Below are positions 36,087 to 45,449 of a stretch of DNA of 64,000 nt, piece after piece. The stretch is from an uncultured Gammaproteobacteria bacterium (GTDB taxonomy: Bacteria > Patescibacteriota > Patescibacteriia > SG8-24): assembly GCA_964491475.1 (NCBI GenBank), contig CAZBFO010000002.1:16501-80500 (forward strand), in the 5' to 3' direction. How positions within the stretch are numbered: the stretch's first letter is position 1; each line of letters opens with the position of its first letter. Both the position numbers and the translations under genes were made by a program. The notes under the pieces are model-generated. The model made no database searches. It worked only from the letters and a program-made list of their open reading frames with translations, and was not told the origin of the DNA.

Positions 36087-39000
36087 ATGAGGAAATTACC
36101 CGGTTTCTCATCGCATCAAGGCCGCCATCACGGAGAGGGGCGGTTTTTAGCTGTTGATAAGATCAAGCATGCGCTGTCTGGGGTAGCTGCAAAGCGGGCC
36201 GTCGCCAAGCTCATGGTTGCCGTGACGATTTTTTCGCAAATGATTGCCGTTGTGCCTTCGACGCAGGCCGCCGAACAGGTCGGTTTGGTCGTCAAACCGA
36301 TGCTTTCGACCGGGGGCGCGCATACGCTGTTTCTGAAGACCGACGGTACCGTTTGGGGATCAGGCTTGAACAGCTCTGGTCAGCTTGGCAACGGAGCCAA
36401 CACGAACGTTTCGACCGCCGTGCAGGTTTCGAGTTTGAACGGAGTGGTGGCCGTCGCGGGCGGACAGTACCATTCGCTGGCCCTCAAGGCCAACGGCACC
36501 GTCTGGGCGTGGGGTGCTAATTCCTCTGGCCAGCTCGGCAACGGTTCCAACACCGGCAGCAACGTGCCCGTGCAGGTTTCTGGCCTGACCGGGGTTATCG
36601 CCGTCGCGGCAGGCGGCAGTCACTCGCTGGCCCTCAAGGCCAACGGCACCGTCTGGGCGTGGGGGTTGAACGGTCAGGGTCAGCTGGGCGACGGTACCAA
36701 CACCGACAGCAACGTGCCCGTGCAGGTTTTCGGCTTGAGCAGCGTGGCCACCGTCGCTTCCGGTCTGTACTTCTCGCTCGCCATCAAGACTGACGGTACG
36801 TCGTGGGGATGGGGCCAGGACAATCGCGGTCAGCTTTGCGACGGTACCAACACCGACAGCAACGTGCCCGTGCAGGCTACCGGAATTACGACCGCTAAGT
36901 CCATCGCGGGCGGCGCCGAACACGCCATCATCGCCCTCGACGACGGAACGGTCAGGTCGTGCGGTCGCAACAACGAGGGTCAGCTGGGCGACGGCACCAA
37001 CACCGACAGCAACGTGCCGGTTACCGTTTCCGGATTGTCCGGAGTCGCTTCGGTTGTCGGCGGCCTATATCATTCCGCGGCGCTCAAGGCCGACGGCACG
37101 GTTCGCACCTGGGGTTGGAACCTGCTGGGTCAGCTGGGCGACGGCACCAACACCGACAGCAACGTGCCGGTGACGCCGACCGGTTTGACCGGCGCGTCCC
37201 AACTCGCGACATCTTCGACTAGCGAGCACGTGATGGCGCTCAAGGCCGACGGGACGATTTGGGGTTGGGCTAACAACGGCGCAGGCGAGTTCGGTAACGG
37301 GAACACTACGGTCACCAACTATCCGGTGCAATCTCTCTTCGACATGTACGTGGGTCCTGCCGGCATCGTCGAGGTGGCTGGCGGCGCCGATCATGCCATC
37401 GCGCTCAAGGTCAACGGAGACGTCTGGGGTTGGGGCTACAACGGTGACGGCGAAATCGGTAACGGTACCAACACCAACAGCTTGACGCCCCTTCAGACTT
37501 CCGTTCTGACGGCGGCCAGGAGCATCGCCAGCGGCGGCAGTCATAATCTCGCGATCGACTCGGACGGCACCGTTTGGGCGTGGGGAGCGAACAATTACGG
37601 CCAGCTCGCTGACGGAAACACGCCTTTTAGCAGCAACGTGCCAGTGCAGGTTTCCGGTCTCACGGATGCCGTTGCGGTGGCCGGCGGTTACTACCATTCG
37701 CTGGCCCTCAAGGCCAACGGCACCGTTTGGGCGTGGGGAGCGAACAATTACGGCCAGCTCGGCGACGGCACCAACACCGATAGCGACGTTCCCGTGCAGG
37801 TGTCCGGACTCACCGACGTCGTAGCCATTGCCTCGGGTTTGCAGAACTCCATGGCGCTCCTTGCAGACGGCAGCGTTTGGATGTGGGGATTCGGCAATGG
37901 CGGACAGCTGGGCAACGGCACCAACGCCCACAGCAACGTGCCGGTACAGGTATCGACGATCAGCGGCGTGCGCGCCATTGCCGACGGTGATGTCGGCGCA
38001 ATGGCCCTGCTTGGCGACGGCACCGTCTGGGCGTGGGGCGTGAACGCCTTCGGCAGCCTTGGCGACGGCACTAACACCGACAGCAATACGCCCGTTGCGG
38101 TCTCCAACGTCGACCTCGCTTCGGATGTCGTCACGCTTGCGGCGGGCGGAGGACACATGGTCGCTATTAAGGCCAACGGCACCGTCTGGGCGTGGGGCCT
38201 CAACGCCAGCGGCGAGCTCGGCGACGGCACCAACACCGACAGGAATGTCCCCGTACAGACCACCGGTATCATCGGCGGGAAAGTCGTCGGGCGCGGCTTC
38301 AGCAGCACTTACGTCGTAAAGAGCAACGGCACGCTCTGGGCGTGGGGCTACAACGGCGACGGCGAGCTGGGCAACGGCACCTTGATCAACAGCAGCAGTC
38401 CGGTGCAGGTGCAGTTCCCGGCGCCTCCGGGGCCGACCGGCAACACGACCGACAACTCCGCGCTGTTCTCGCGCTTGGGCGTGAACGCGAACGCGACGGT
38501 GACGATTGCCTTTACGCTCGCGGACACCCTGTCTTCCCAATTGACCGTGACTTTTGACCCGGCCTTCACCGGCATGAACGTTTCCGGTGCCAGCGCCAAT
38601 ACTCCGAACACCCCCGGCTGCATGAGCAACTTCGTGGCCACCGGTCCGAACAGCTTCACGGCCGACAAAGCGGGCTGCTCCGGCGTCGTCATGATTTCCG
38701 GCATTCAGGTCGTCAATCCACCGACCCCGGGCTCGTACCAGATTTCCTGGACCAATGACGACCCCGGCTACACGTTGGTCGCCATCGTCGATTCCGACCA
38801 GGTGACGGTGAATGCGCAAGTCGCTCCTTCAATCACTTTCGACCTTAACGCGGGGACCACCAACGCGTCCGTCTCGGCACCGTACAGCGTGGCGCTCGGC
38901 AGCCTGACCACCGTCGCGGTCGCTCACTCCGACAACTCCACGGTGAACTCCATCTGGGCCAACCTCGACACCAACGCGGCCGGCGGCGCCATCGTCACCG

Positions 39001-39371
39001 TCCTCTCGGCCAACGCAGCCCTGGCTTCGCTCTCCGTCCCCGGCGACACGGTTCCGAACGCGGCAGTGACGATGTCGGCGGGCACCGCCAACTACGGCAT
39101 TTGCGTGAACTCGGTTTCGCCGCCGAGTGCCGGTTCCGGCACCTTCCAGCCGTCCACCCCTTACGACACCGGCACATGCGACCCGACTGGATCATCGAAC
39201 GCCGTGAAGGCGCTCTCGACCGTGACTCCGACGCAGATTCTCGATACCGCCGCCGGTCCGGTCACCACGGGATCGGCGGAGATTCTCGTGAACGCCACAA
39301 GTTCCACGGCTACCGTTGCCCACTCTGACTACGCCGACGTCCTGACCTTCGTGGCGAGCGGGACGTTCTAG
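36087..39371 (+). CDS. giant secreted protein: signal peptide + ~12 RCC1-type repeats + conserved ~300-aa C-terminal domain
   Basis: AGGAGA RBS. Signal peptide ends ..PSTQAAEQ. Reiterated GQLGDGTNTDSNVPVQVSGL.. units are typical of RCC1/BLIP-II repeats. C-terminus is paralogous to 32381..35947. Confidence 0.7.
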   Translation: MRKLPGFSSHQGRHHGEGRFLAVDKIKHALSGVAAKRAVAKLMVAVTIFSQMIAVVPSTQAAEQVGLVVKPMLSTGGAHTLFLKTDGTVWGSGLNSSGQLGNGANTNVSTAVQVSSLNGVVAVAGGQYHSLALKANGTVWAWGANSSGQLGNGSNTGSNVPVQVSGLTGVIAVAAGGSHSLALKANGTVWAWGLNGQGQLGDGTNTDSNVPVQVFGLSSVATVASGLYFSLAIKTDGTSWGWGQDNRGQLCDGTNTDSNVPVQATGITTAKSIAGGAEHAIIALDDGTVRSCGRNNEGQLGDGTNTDSNVPVTVSGLSGVASVVGGLYHSAALKADGTVRTWGWNLLGQLGDGTNTDSNVPVTPTGLTGASQLATSSTSEHVMALKADGTIWGWANNGAGEFGNGNTTVTNYPVQSLFDMYVGPAGIVEVAGGADHAIALKVNGDVWGWGYNGDGEIGNGTNTNSLTPLQTSVLTAARSIASGGSHNLAIDSDGTVWAWGANNYGQLADGNTPFSSNVPVQVSGLTDAVAVAGGYYHSLALKANGTVWAWGANNYGQLGDGTNTDSDVPVQVSGLTDVVAIASGLQNSMALLADGSVWMWGFGNGGQLGNGTNAHSNVPVQVSTISGVRAIADGDVGAMALLGDGTVWAWGVNAFGSLGDGTNTDSNTPVAVSNVDLASDVVTLAAGGGHMVAIKANGTVWAWGLNASGELGDGTNTDRNVPVQTTGIIGGKVVGRGFSSTYVVKSNGTLWAWGYNGDGELGNGTLINSSSPVQVQFPAPPGPTGNTTDNSALFSRLGVNANATVTIAFTLADTLSSQLTVTFDPAFTGMNVSGASANTPNTPGCMSNFVATGPNSFTADKAGCSGVVMISGIQVVNPPTPGSYQISWTNDDPGYTLVAIVDSDQVTVNAQVAPSITFDLNAGTTNASVSAPYSVALGSLTTVAVAHSDNSTVNSIWANLDTNAAGGAIVTVLSANAALASLSVPGDTVPNAAVTMSAGTANYGICVNSVSPPSAGSGTFQPSTPYDTGTCDPTGSSNAVKALSTVTPTQILDTAAGPVTTGSAEILVNATSSTATVAHSDYADVLTFVASGTF

Positions 39372-39386
39372 GGCAGCGCCGCACTA

Positions 39387-39418
39387 TGCGAAAACCGCTC
39401 CGAAGGGAGCGGTTTTCG
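39387..39418. terminator. bidirectional terminator
   Basis: GCGAAAACCGCTCC-GAAG-GGAGCGGTTTTCGC between convergent genes. Confidence 0.65.
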
Positions 39419-39427
39419 CATTCATGA

Positions 39428-41359
39428 CTACACCTCGATGATCACCGGCAGCACCATCGGGCGGCGTTCCGTGGCGCGGAAGAGGAACGAACCCACTTCG
39501 TTGCGGATCTTGTTCTTGAGGTAGTCCTCGATGGCGGGGGTGCGCTTGTCGTGGTCTTTGAGCAGCTTCTTGATGAAGGCGCGGGAGCGTTCGATGAGCT
39601 CCTTGTTCTCGCGCATGTAGACGAAACCGCGGGAGATGATGTCGGGGGAACCGACCAGGTCGCCGGTCTTCTTGTCGATCGTCGCAATGACGACGAAGAT
39701 GCCGTCGCCGGCAAGCTCCACGCGGTCTCGCAGGACCACTTCGGAGACGTCGCCGACGCCGAGGCCGTCGACCATGACGTATTCGACGGGCATTTTCTCC
39801 TTGGAGAGGCGGCCGCCGGCGTTGGTCCACTCCATCACCTGGCCGTTGTCGGCCACGAAGACGTTCTCCTTGGCGATGCCGACTTCCTGGCCCAGTTCCT
39901 TGTGGGACTCGAGCAGGAAGCGGTTGCCATGGATGGGAATCAGGAACTTGGGCTTGGTCAGGCGCATCATCAGCTTGAGGTCTTCCTGCTTGGCGTGACC
40001 TCCGGCGTGAATGTCGAGATTTTTGTAATGGTAAACCTTGGCGCCTTGGCGCACCAAGGCGTCTTTCAAAGACTGCACCGAGCGCTCGTTGCCCGGGATG
40101 ACCGAGCTGGAGAACACCAGGCCGTCGCCGGGCTGGATCTTGATCTGGCGGTGCTCGCTGTTGGCGATGCGCATCAGCGCGGCGTTCTTTTCGCCCTGGG
40201 CGCCGGTGCAGACCACGACCATCTTTTCGTCAGGAACCTTGTTGAACTCATGCTCCTCGACGATGGTGCCGGGCTTGAAGTGCATGTAGCCGAGCGAGTG
40301 CGCCAGCTCCACGTTGTTGTTCATGCTGCGGCCGGCGATCATCAGGCGCTTGCCGTACTTTTCGCACAGCCAGATGATCTGCTGGATGCGGGTGAGCAGC
40401 GACGAGAAGGTGCCGATGATGAGGCGGCCCTTGTGGTTCTGGAAGATGCGCTCCATTTCCTCGCTGACGGCGCGCTCCGAAATCTGGTGGCCCGGGCTTT
40501 CGGCGTTGGTGGAGTCCGAGAACAGCGCCAAAGTGCCCTTGATGCCGAACTGGGCGATGTGCGTCAGGTCCGCAGGCTCATCGTTCACGGGAGAAAAGTC
40601 GAACTTGAAGTCGCCGGTGATGAGGATGGTGCCGTACGGGGTGTGGAAGGCGGCACCGAAGGCGTCCGAGATGTTGTGGTTGACGTGGAACGGCTCGAAC
40701 AGGAAGTGCTGACCGAGCTGAATCTTGGATTCGGCGTCAACCAGCTGGATCTTGAGGTTGTTGACGTTGCCGAACTCCTCCTGGCGCTTCTTGATGATGC
40801 CGGCGGTGAGTGGCGCGGTGAAAATCGTGGGGAAGCCCAGGCGGCTGATGGTCAGGGGAATGCCGCCGATGTGGTCCAAGTGGCCGTGGGTGACCACCAT
40901 GCCGCGGATGTTCTTTTCGCGGCCGCGGAAGGTGGTGATGTTCGGGATGATGTAGTCGATGCCCGGCATGCCTTCTTCGGGGAACATCAAGCCGCAGTCG
41001 ACGATGACGATGTCGTCGCCGCACTCGAGCACGGTGCAGTTACGGCCGATCTCTTCGAGACCGCCGAGGGCGTAGACCTTGAGCGGGGGAGTGCCTTCCG
41101 GGGCAACCAGCTGTTGCGGACCGGAGATGAGCTCCATGCGCGACGAAGGGCGCACGTTCTTCACGGGCTCCTTGGGGGCGGCGAGATTGCCATGGCCGCC
41201 GTGGCCGCCATGATGGCCGTGACCGCCCTTGCGGTGCGCGGTGAGCGGCCGATTGGGGGTGGGGCGGCGGTTTGAGTTATGTGCGGGAGCTGCGGGTTTG
41301 GCAGAGCCGCTGGCGGCCGGCTGTTCCGGCGCTTTCGATGTCGGTTTGTTTTCCGTCAT
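39428..41359 (-). CDS. rnj: ribonuclease J (beta-CASP metallo-beta-lactamase family)
   Basis: Motif HGHLDHIG, beta-CASP region, and overall RNase J pattern. Start at the internal ATG at 41359 (MTENKP..). Confidence 0.85.
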   Translation of the reverse strand: MTENKPTSKAPEQPAASGSAKPAAPAHNSNRRPTPNRPLTAHRKGGHGHHGGHGGHGNLAAPKEPVKNVRPSSRMELISGPQQLVAPEGTPPLKVYALGGLEEIGRNCTVLECGDDIVIVDCGLMFPEEGMPGIDYIIPNITTFRGREKNIRGMVVTHGHLDHIGGIPLTISRLGFPTIFTAPLTAGIIKKRQEEFGNVNNLKIQLVDAESKIQLGQHFLFEPFHVNHNISDAFGAAFHTPYGTILITGDFKFDFSPVNDEPADLTHIAQFGIKGTLALFSDSTNAESPGHQISERAVSEEMERIFQNHKGRLIIGTFSSLLTRIQQIIWLCEKYGKRLMIAGRSMNNNVELAHSLGYMHFKPGTIVEEHEFNKVPDEKMVVVCTGAQGEKNAALMRIANSEHRQIKIQPGDGLVFSSSVIPGNERSVQSLKDALVRQGAKVYHYKNLDIHAGGHAKQEDLKLMMRLTKPKFLIPIHGNRFLLESHKELGQEVGIAKENVFVADNGQVMEWTNAGGRLSKEKMPVEYVMVDGLGVGDVSEVVLRDRVELAGDGIFVVIATIDKKTGDLVGSPDIISRGFVYMRENKELIERSRAFIKKLLKDHDKRTPAIEDYLKNKIRNEVGSFLFRATERRPMVLPVIIEV

Positions 41360-41683
41360 ACGCAATGACAGTTGATGGCCCGAAGTCGGCAAAAACCATC
41401 GGCGCGACGCTGAAAACGGCAAAAAGCGTTATCAGCGTCCGCGTGGCGTACCGCCGCGGGCGAGTAAAAATAGGTGACTCAATTTTTCCAACTGTCTAGC
41501 GCAAGATGCGTCTACGCGAACCGCATTCACGGAGCGAGAGCAAGTCACGTAAATGACTTGCCTAAACGACCGAAGTGGAAAGATGGCAGGGCGTTACTGC
41601 GCACTAGCATCTGTCAGCTTCAGGCTCTCTAAAGGGAGTATAGCAGACCCTTCTCTTTTTGTCGACCCTCGAACCTTCCGCCA

Positions 41684-41719
41684 AAGAAAAAGGGCCCTCG
41701 CTATCGCGGCGGGCCCTTG
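41684..41719 (-). terminator. intrinsic terminator for the minus-strand gene ending at 41747
   Basis: AAGGGCCC-loop-GGGCCCTT with a T-tract on the minus strand. Confidence 0.55.
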
Positions 41720-41746
41720 CGTGTGCAAACGGTCGTTGAGAGTGCC

Positions 41747-42151
41747 TCAGAAGCCGCCGCCGAAGTCGCCGGGAAGCCCGTGACCCCTGTCCCTTGCCGC
41801 TTCTCGGCGCCGCTCTTCCTCGCGGCGCTTTTCGTCTTTTTTCAGGAAAAGCTTCAAATGGCGGTACTTGGATGACAGGTCGACCGATCGGATACCCTCT
41901 CTATCGCCGAACGCCTCTTTGATGAGGCGGGTCAGGTCATCCGGCTCGAGTGCGGGATCGACGCAGGCCTTCTCCAGGAAGGCCAGCTTTTGGTCAAGGA
42001 TTGATTCGCTAAACTCCTTGGACAAGGCAGCTCTGCGGTTTGCGGATGTCTTGAGTCGTTCCTGCTGCTGTCGATCTGCGCGGCCTCGCTCGATATCTGC
42101 GAGTTCCTGCGCATCCACTTTGATCGAACGCCTTCTGTCTTTTTTCGGCAC
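41747..42151 (-). CDS. hypothetical charged (K/R/E-rich) protein
   Basis: GTG start with a GGCGAGG RBS. The longer ORF upstream overlaps the tRNA-Leu gene, so it is trimmed. Confidence 0.4.
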   Translation of the reverse strand: MPKKDRRRSIKVDAQELADIERGRADRQQQERLKTSANRRAALSKEFSESILDQKLAFLEKACVDPALEPDDLTRLIKEAFGDREGIRSVDLSSKYRHLKLFLKKDEKRREEERRREAARDRGHGLPGDFGGGF

Positions 42152-42274
42152 GATGCCTCGCCTGTTTTCGTTGGGGTTTCGTCGTGAGGCATTGGTAACA
42201 GGAAAGGCACTCTTCGTCAAGATCGGCGCGCGGCAGAATGCAAACAAAAAAACCATCCTAAGATGGCATTCTTG

Positions 42275-42361
42275 TGGTGCGGACGGAGGGACTTGAACCC
42301 TCATGAGCTTGCGCCCGCTAGCTCCTGAAGCTAGTGCGTCTGCCAGTTTCGCCACGTCCGC
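42275..42361 (-). tRNA. tRNA-Leu (anticodon CAG)
   Basis: Manual fold. Acceptor GCGGACG/CGTCCGC. Anticodon loop TTCAGGA. Long variable arm. T-arm GAGGG-TTCAAGT-CCCTC. CCA encoded. Confidence 0.8.
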
Positions 42362-42419
42362 GTGTTGAGGAGTGTAGTGCCCGGAGCCCGAAGTGTAAAG
42401 GGGCCCTGGTCCGCATCTC

Positions 42420-44279
42420 CTATTTCCACACTCTCTTGGTGTTGACGTACCAGGAAGTCACGTCGTCGAACCGGTCCGACGGCATGAAGATGGTGCCGGC
42501 TTCGACGCCTTGCAGCTTGCGGCCCACGGCGTAGGTGTAGGTGGGGCTGTAAAGCAGGATCGCCGGGACTTCTTCGGCCAAGATGTCCTGGAACTCGCGG
42601 TACATCTTTTCGCGTTCACCGGTGTCGGCCGAGCCGCGGGCCTTCTCCAAGATCTCGTCCACGCGGCGGTTGCTGTAGACGGCCAGGTTCAGGCCGGAGG
42701 CGTCGTTTTGCGAGGAGTGCCAGAACGGGTACGGATCAGGGTCCGCGCCGATGATCTCGCCGTAGAGCAGCGCTTCGTACTCGCGCGGGCGAATGACGTC
42801 CTTTTGGATCTTGGAACCGGAGACGATGTTCAGCGTGGTCTGCACGCCCAGCGCGTCCCAGTTGCGCTTGATGATGTCGGCTACGGCCATGTTTTCCTTG
42901 GCCTCGACTGTCGTCAGGGTGACAGAGAGGGGGGTCTGCACGGCGGTCTTGGCGGTCTTCTTCTTTACCGTCTTTGTCTCGTAGGTGGTCTTTTTGCGGA
43001 TGCCATCGGTCGGGTCGACCTTCCAGCCTTCTCCGTCGAGCTGGACGCCCGCAGCGGCGGCATCGAAAGGATACTTCTTGACGTCCGGGTTGAATCCCAC
43101 GAAACCGGCCAAAATCGGGCTCCAGACCATCACGCCGTTGTCGCTCAAGGCGTCCTTGAGTATGGATTGGCGGTCGATGGCGCTGGCAAGCGCCTGGCGC
43201 ACGGCCTTAGACTTGAGCGCGGCGTTCTTGTTCTGGTTGAAGAACACGCCCGTGTACTGCGGCAGACGCAGGGTGGTCAGGCGGATGTTGCGCTGTTTTT
43301 GGGCGGCATCGCGGTACTCCAAGGGCAGGAAGCTCATGCCGTCGACCCTGCGATCGGTCAGCGCGTCGTGGGCTGAACCGAAATCCTGGAAGTACTTGAA
43401 GGTGATGGAGGAGAGGTAGGCGACGTCGTCGTAGTAGTTGTCGTTACGAGCGAGCGTGTACGAAAGGATCGCGCCCTGCTTGTCCTTGGCGAAGGACTTG
43501 AACTTGAACGGACCGGTGCCGACGGGTTTCAGGTTCAGCTCGGCACGGGCGGCGTTTTCCGGCTTGATGCTCTGCCAGAGGTGTTCGGGCACGATGCCGA
43601 CGGTCAGCATCGACAGGAACGGGGCGAACGGCTCGGACAGCGTGAAGGTGACCGTCTGGTCGTCGACGGAAGACACCGTGACGTTCTTGAACTGGGAGTT
43701 CAGCGGGCTCTTGAATCCGGGGTCCTTGATGATGGCGATGGTGCCCGTGACATCCTTGGCCGTGAAAGGGGAGCCGTCATGCCACAGTACGCCGCCGTGC
43801 AGCTTGAAGGTGTAGGTCTTGCCGTCGTCGCTGACGGTATAGGATTCGGCCAGGTCCGGCGCCAATTCGCCCTTCGCGGTGGTTTTCATCAGGCCGGAAA
43901 AGACCAGCTTCATCAGGTCCTGATCGGCATCGTTGTTCGACGCCAAAATCGGATTCACGTAATGCGGGACGCCTACGGACGCCTCGACGTAATCGCCGCC
44001 GGAAGCCGGCGCAGGCATCATGTGCTCATTCCACATCTTTGCGCCGAACAGCAGGGCCGCCACGGCGATGATGGCACCAAGGATGCCGATGGTCTTTTTT
44101 TCTCTGGGGGAAAGGAAGCGCGGCAGATGTTTGAGCTGTTTGGTGGTCGGGAGCCTTTTGCCCGAGAACTGCAACACCAGCCTCTTGTCGAGGTGGCGGT
44201 GGGCGTCGCCCGACGACGCGGAGGCCGCGCCGCGGGAACTGCCGAAAAAAGACGAAATGCTCTCGGAAAGTTTTTTCAC
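42420..44279 (-). CDS. ABC transporter substrate-binding protein, family 5 (oligopeptide/nickel type)
   Basis: N-terminal TM anchor, then the SBP_bac_5-like pattern. Confidence 0.7.
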   Translation of the reverse strand: MKKLSESISSFFGSSRGAASASSGDAHRHLDKRLVLQFSGKRLPTTKQLKHLPRFLSPREKKTIGILGAIIAVAALLFGAKMWNEHMMPAPASGGDYVEASVGVPHYVNPILASNNDADQDLMKLVFSGLMKTTAKGELAPDLAESYTVSDDGKTYTFKLHGGVLWHDGSPFTAKDVTGTIAIIKDPGFKSPLNSQFKNVTVSSVDDQTVTFTLSEPFAPFLSMLTVGIVPEHLWQSIKPENAARAELNLKPVGTGPFKFKSFAKDKQGAILSYTLARNDNYYDDVAYLSSITFKYFQDFGSAHDALTDRRVDGMSFLPLEYRDAAQKQRNIRLTTLRLPQYTGVFFNQNKNAALKSKAVRQALASAIDRQSILKDALSDNGVMVWSPILAGFVGFNPDVKKYPFDAAAAGVQLDGEGWKVDPTDGIRKKTTYETKTVKKKTAKTAVQTPLSVTLTTVEAKENMAVADIIKRNWDALGVQTTLNIVSGSKIQKDVIRPREYEALLYGEIIGADPDPYPFWHSSQNDASGLNLAVYSNRRVDEILEKARGSADTGEREKMYREFQDILAEEVPAILLYSPTYTYAVGRKLQGVEAGTIFMPSDRFDDVTSWYVNTKRVWK

Positions 44280-44288
44280 ACGAACACC

Positions 44289-44540
44289 TTACGCCTGGGG
44301 CACGGTAATCGTGGCAAGGGCCAGGCCCAGGAAGAGAACAGCAAAGACGATGGTTGCGCGGAAAAGCACCTTTTCGACGCCGCGCTTGGTGCGGTAGACG
44401 TTGCCTTCGCCACCGAAGGTGTTGCCAAGGCCGGTGCCGCGGGACTGCAGCAGGATGGCAAGCATCAGGAGTACCGAAATGACGATCTGGACGATGGTGA
44501 GGTTGGTCTTGGTGAAGACGGTGGCAAACAAGTGGTTCAT
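44289..44540 (-). CDS. secG: preprotein translocase subunit SecG
   Basis: Two TM helices with a G-rich loop (LQSRGTGLGNTFGG). Confidence 0.7.
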   Translation of the reverse strand: MNHLFATVFTKTNLTIVQIVISVLLMLAILLQSRGTGLGNTFGGEGNVYRTKRGVEKVLFRATIVFAVLFLGLALATITVPQA

Positions 44541-44636
44541 AGCCTTTTGGTCCCGTTAATCGGAGCTAAGAAGGGCGGGAAAATGCTTCAGTAACTGCAG
44601 AAGCGACTGCTCGCAGGCTATCATGGTGGGGAGGGG

Positions 44637-45446
44637 GTGTCAACGGTGGGGGCGAAGTTCTGCTATACTGTGCCTATGCCTACGTACGACTTGGATTTGG
44701 ACAAACCGCTTGAAGAAAAGAGAAAGGGCGGCGGCTGGGGTTGTGCCATCGGCGGCTGGTCGGTGTTCGTGCTCGTTGCGGCGCTGACCCTCTTCGTCGG
44801 GTATCGAACATGGTTCTATTACACCAAGCTTCGTTCGGGACAGATAGTGGATCTGCCGCAGTTCAAGGATCGCCTCACGGCCATCGCGTCGCCAGCCGGC
44901 GTGACGCCGGTGACGGAAGCGGCACGCAGCGAGGTGGAACTTGCCGCCGCGCCGGCACAGGGTCCGGAGCAGCGAGACGCGAAGCTCGTGGTGGTGGAAT
45001 TTGCCGATTTTCAATGTCCGTATTCAAAGGACGAGGCTCTGGTGGTGCGCACTTTGATGCAAAAATACGGCGACAAAGTACGCTTTGAGTTCCGCGACTA
45101 TCCGATTCAGCAGCTGCATCCCGATGCGGTCAATGCGGCCCTCGCCGCCCGTTGCGCGCAGGAGCAGGGAAAGTTCTGGGAATATCACGACAAGCTGTTC
45201 GTCAACTCGCCGACGCTTACCAAGCAGATGCTGCTGACGTATGCTGCCGAGATCGGCTTGGACGACGAGCAATTCACCAGATGCCTCTCGTCGCAGCGCT
45301 ACCGGCCGTCTGTCGAAAAGGACATGTCCAAGGCACAGACGTTGGGCATCGAAGGCACGCCGACCTTTTACCTCAACGGAAACCGCGTCGACGGCGCCAT
45401 TCCGATGGACGTGTTCGAGAACTTGATTCAGAAAATCACCAAATAG
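44637..45446 (+). CDS. DsbA-family thiol:disulfide oxidoreductase (membrane-anchored)
   Basis: TM anchor. CPYS active-site motif within a thioredoxin-fold context (..VVEFADFQCPYSKD..). Alternative start at 44676. Confidence 0.7.
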   Translation: MSTVGAKFCYTVPMPTYDLDLDKPLEEKRKGGGWGCAIGGWSVFVLVAALTLFVGYRTWFYYTKLRSGQIVDLPQFKDRLTAIASPAGVTPVTEAARSEVELAAAPAQGPEQRDAKLVVVEFADFQCPYSKDEALVVRTLMQKYGDKVRFEFRDYPIQQLHPDAVNAALAARCAQEQGKFWEYHDKLFVNSPTLTKQMLLTYAAEIGLDDEQFTRCLSSQRYRPSVEKDMSKAQTLGIEGTPTFYLNGNRVDGAIPMDVFENLIQKITK

Positions 45447-45449
45447 GCT

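Noticed and set aside
36360-38420. Strong ~150-nt nucleotide periodicity (ggtcagctgggcgacggcaccaacaccgacagcaacgtgcc...) that could be mistaken for a CRISPR or tandem repeat array
   Set aside because: The repeats are in frame inside a long CDS and correspond to RCC1 protein repeats. Unit lengths and spacers do not fit a CRISPR, and no cas genes are present.
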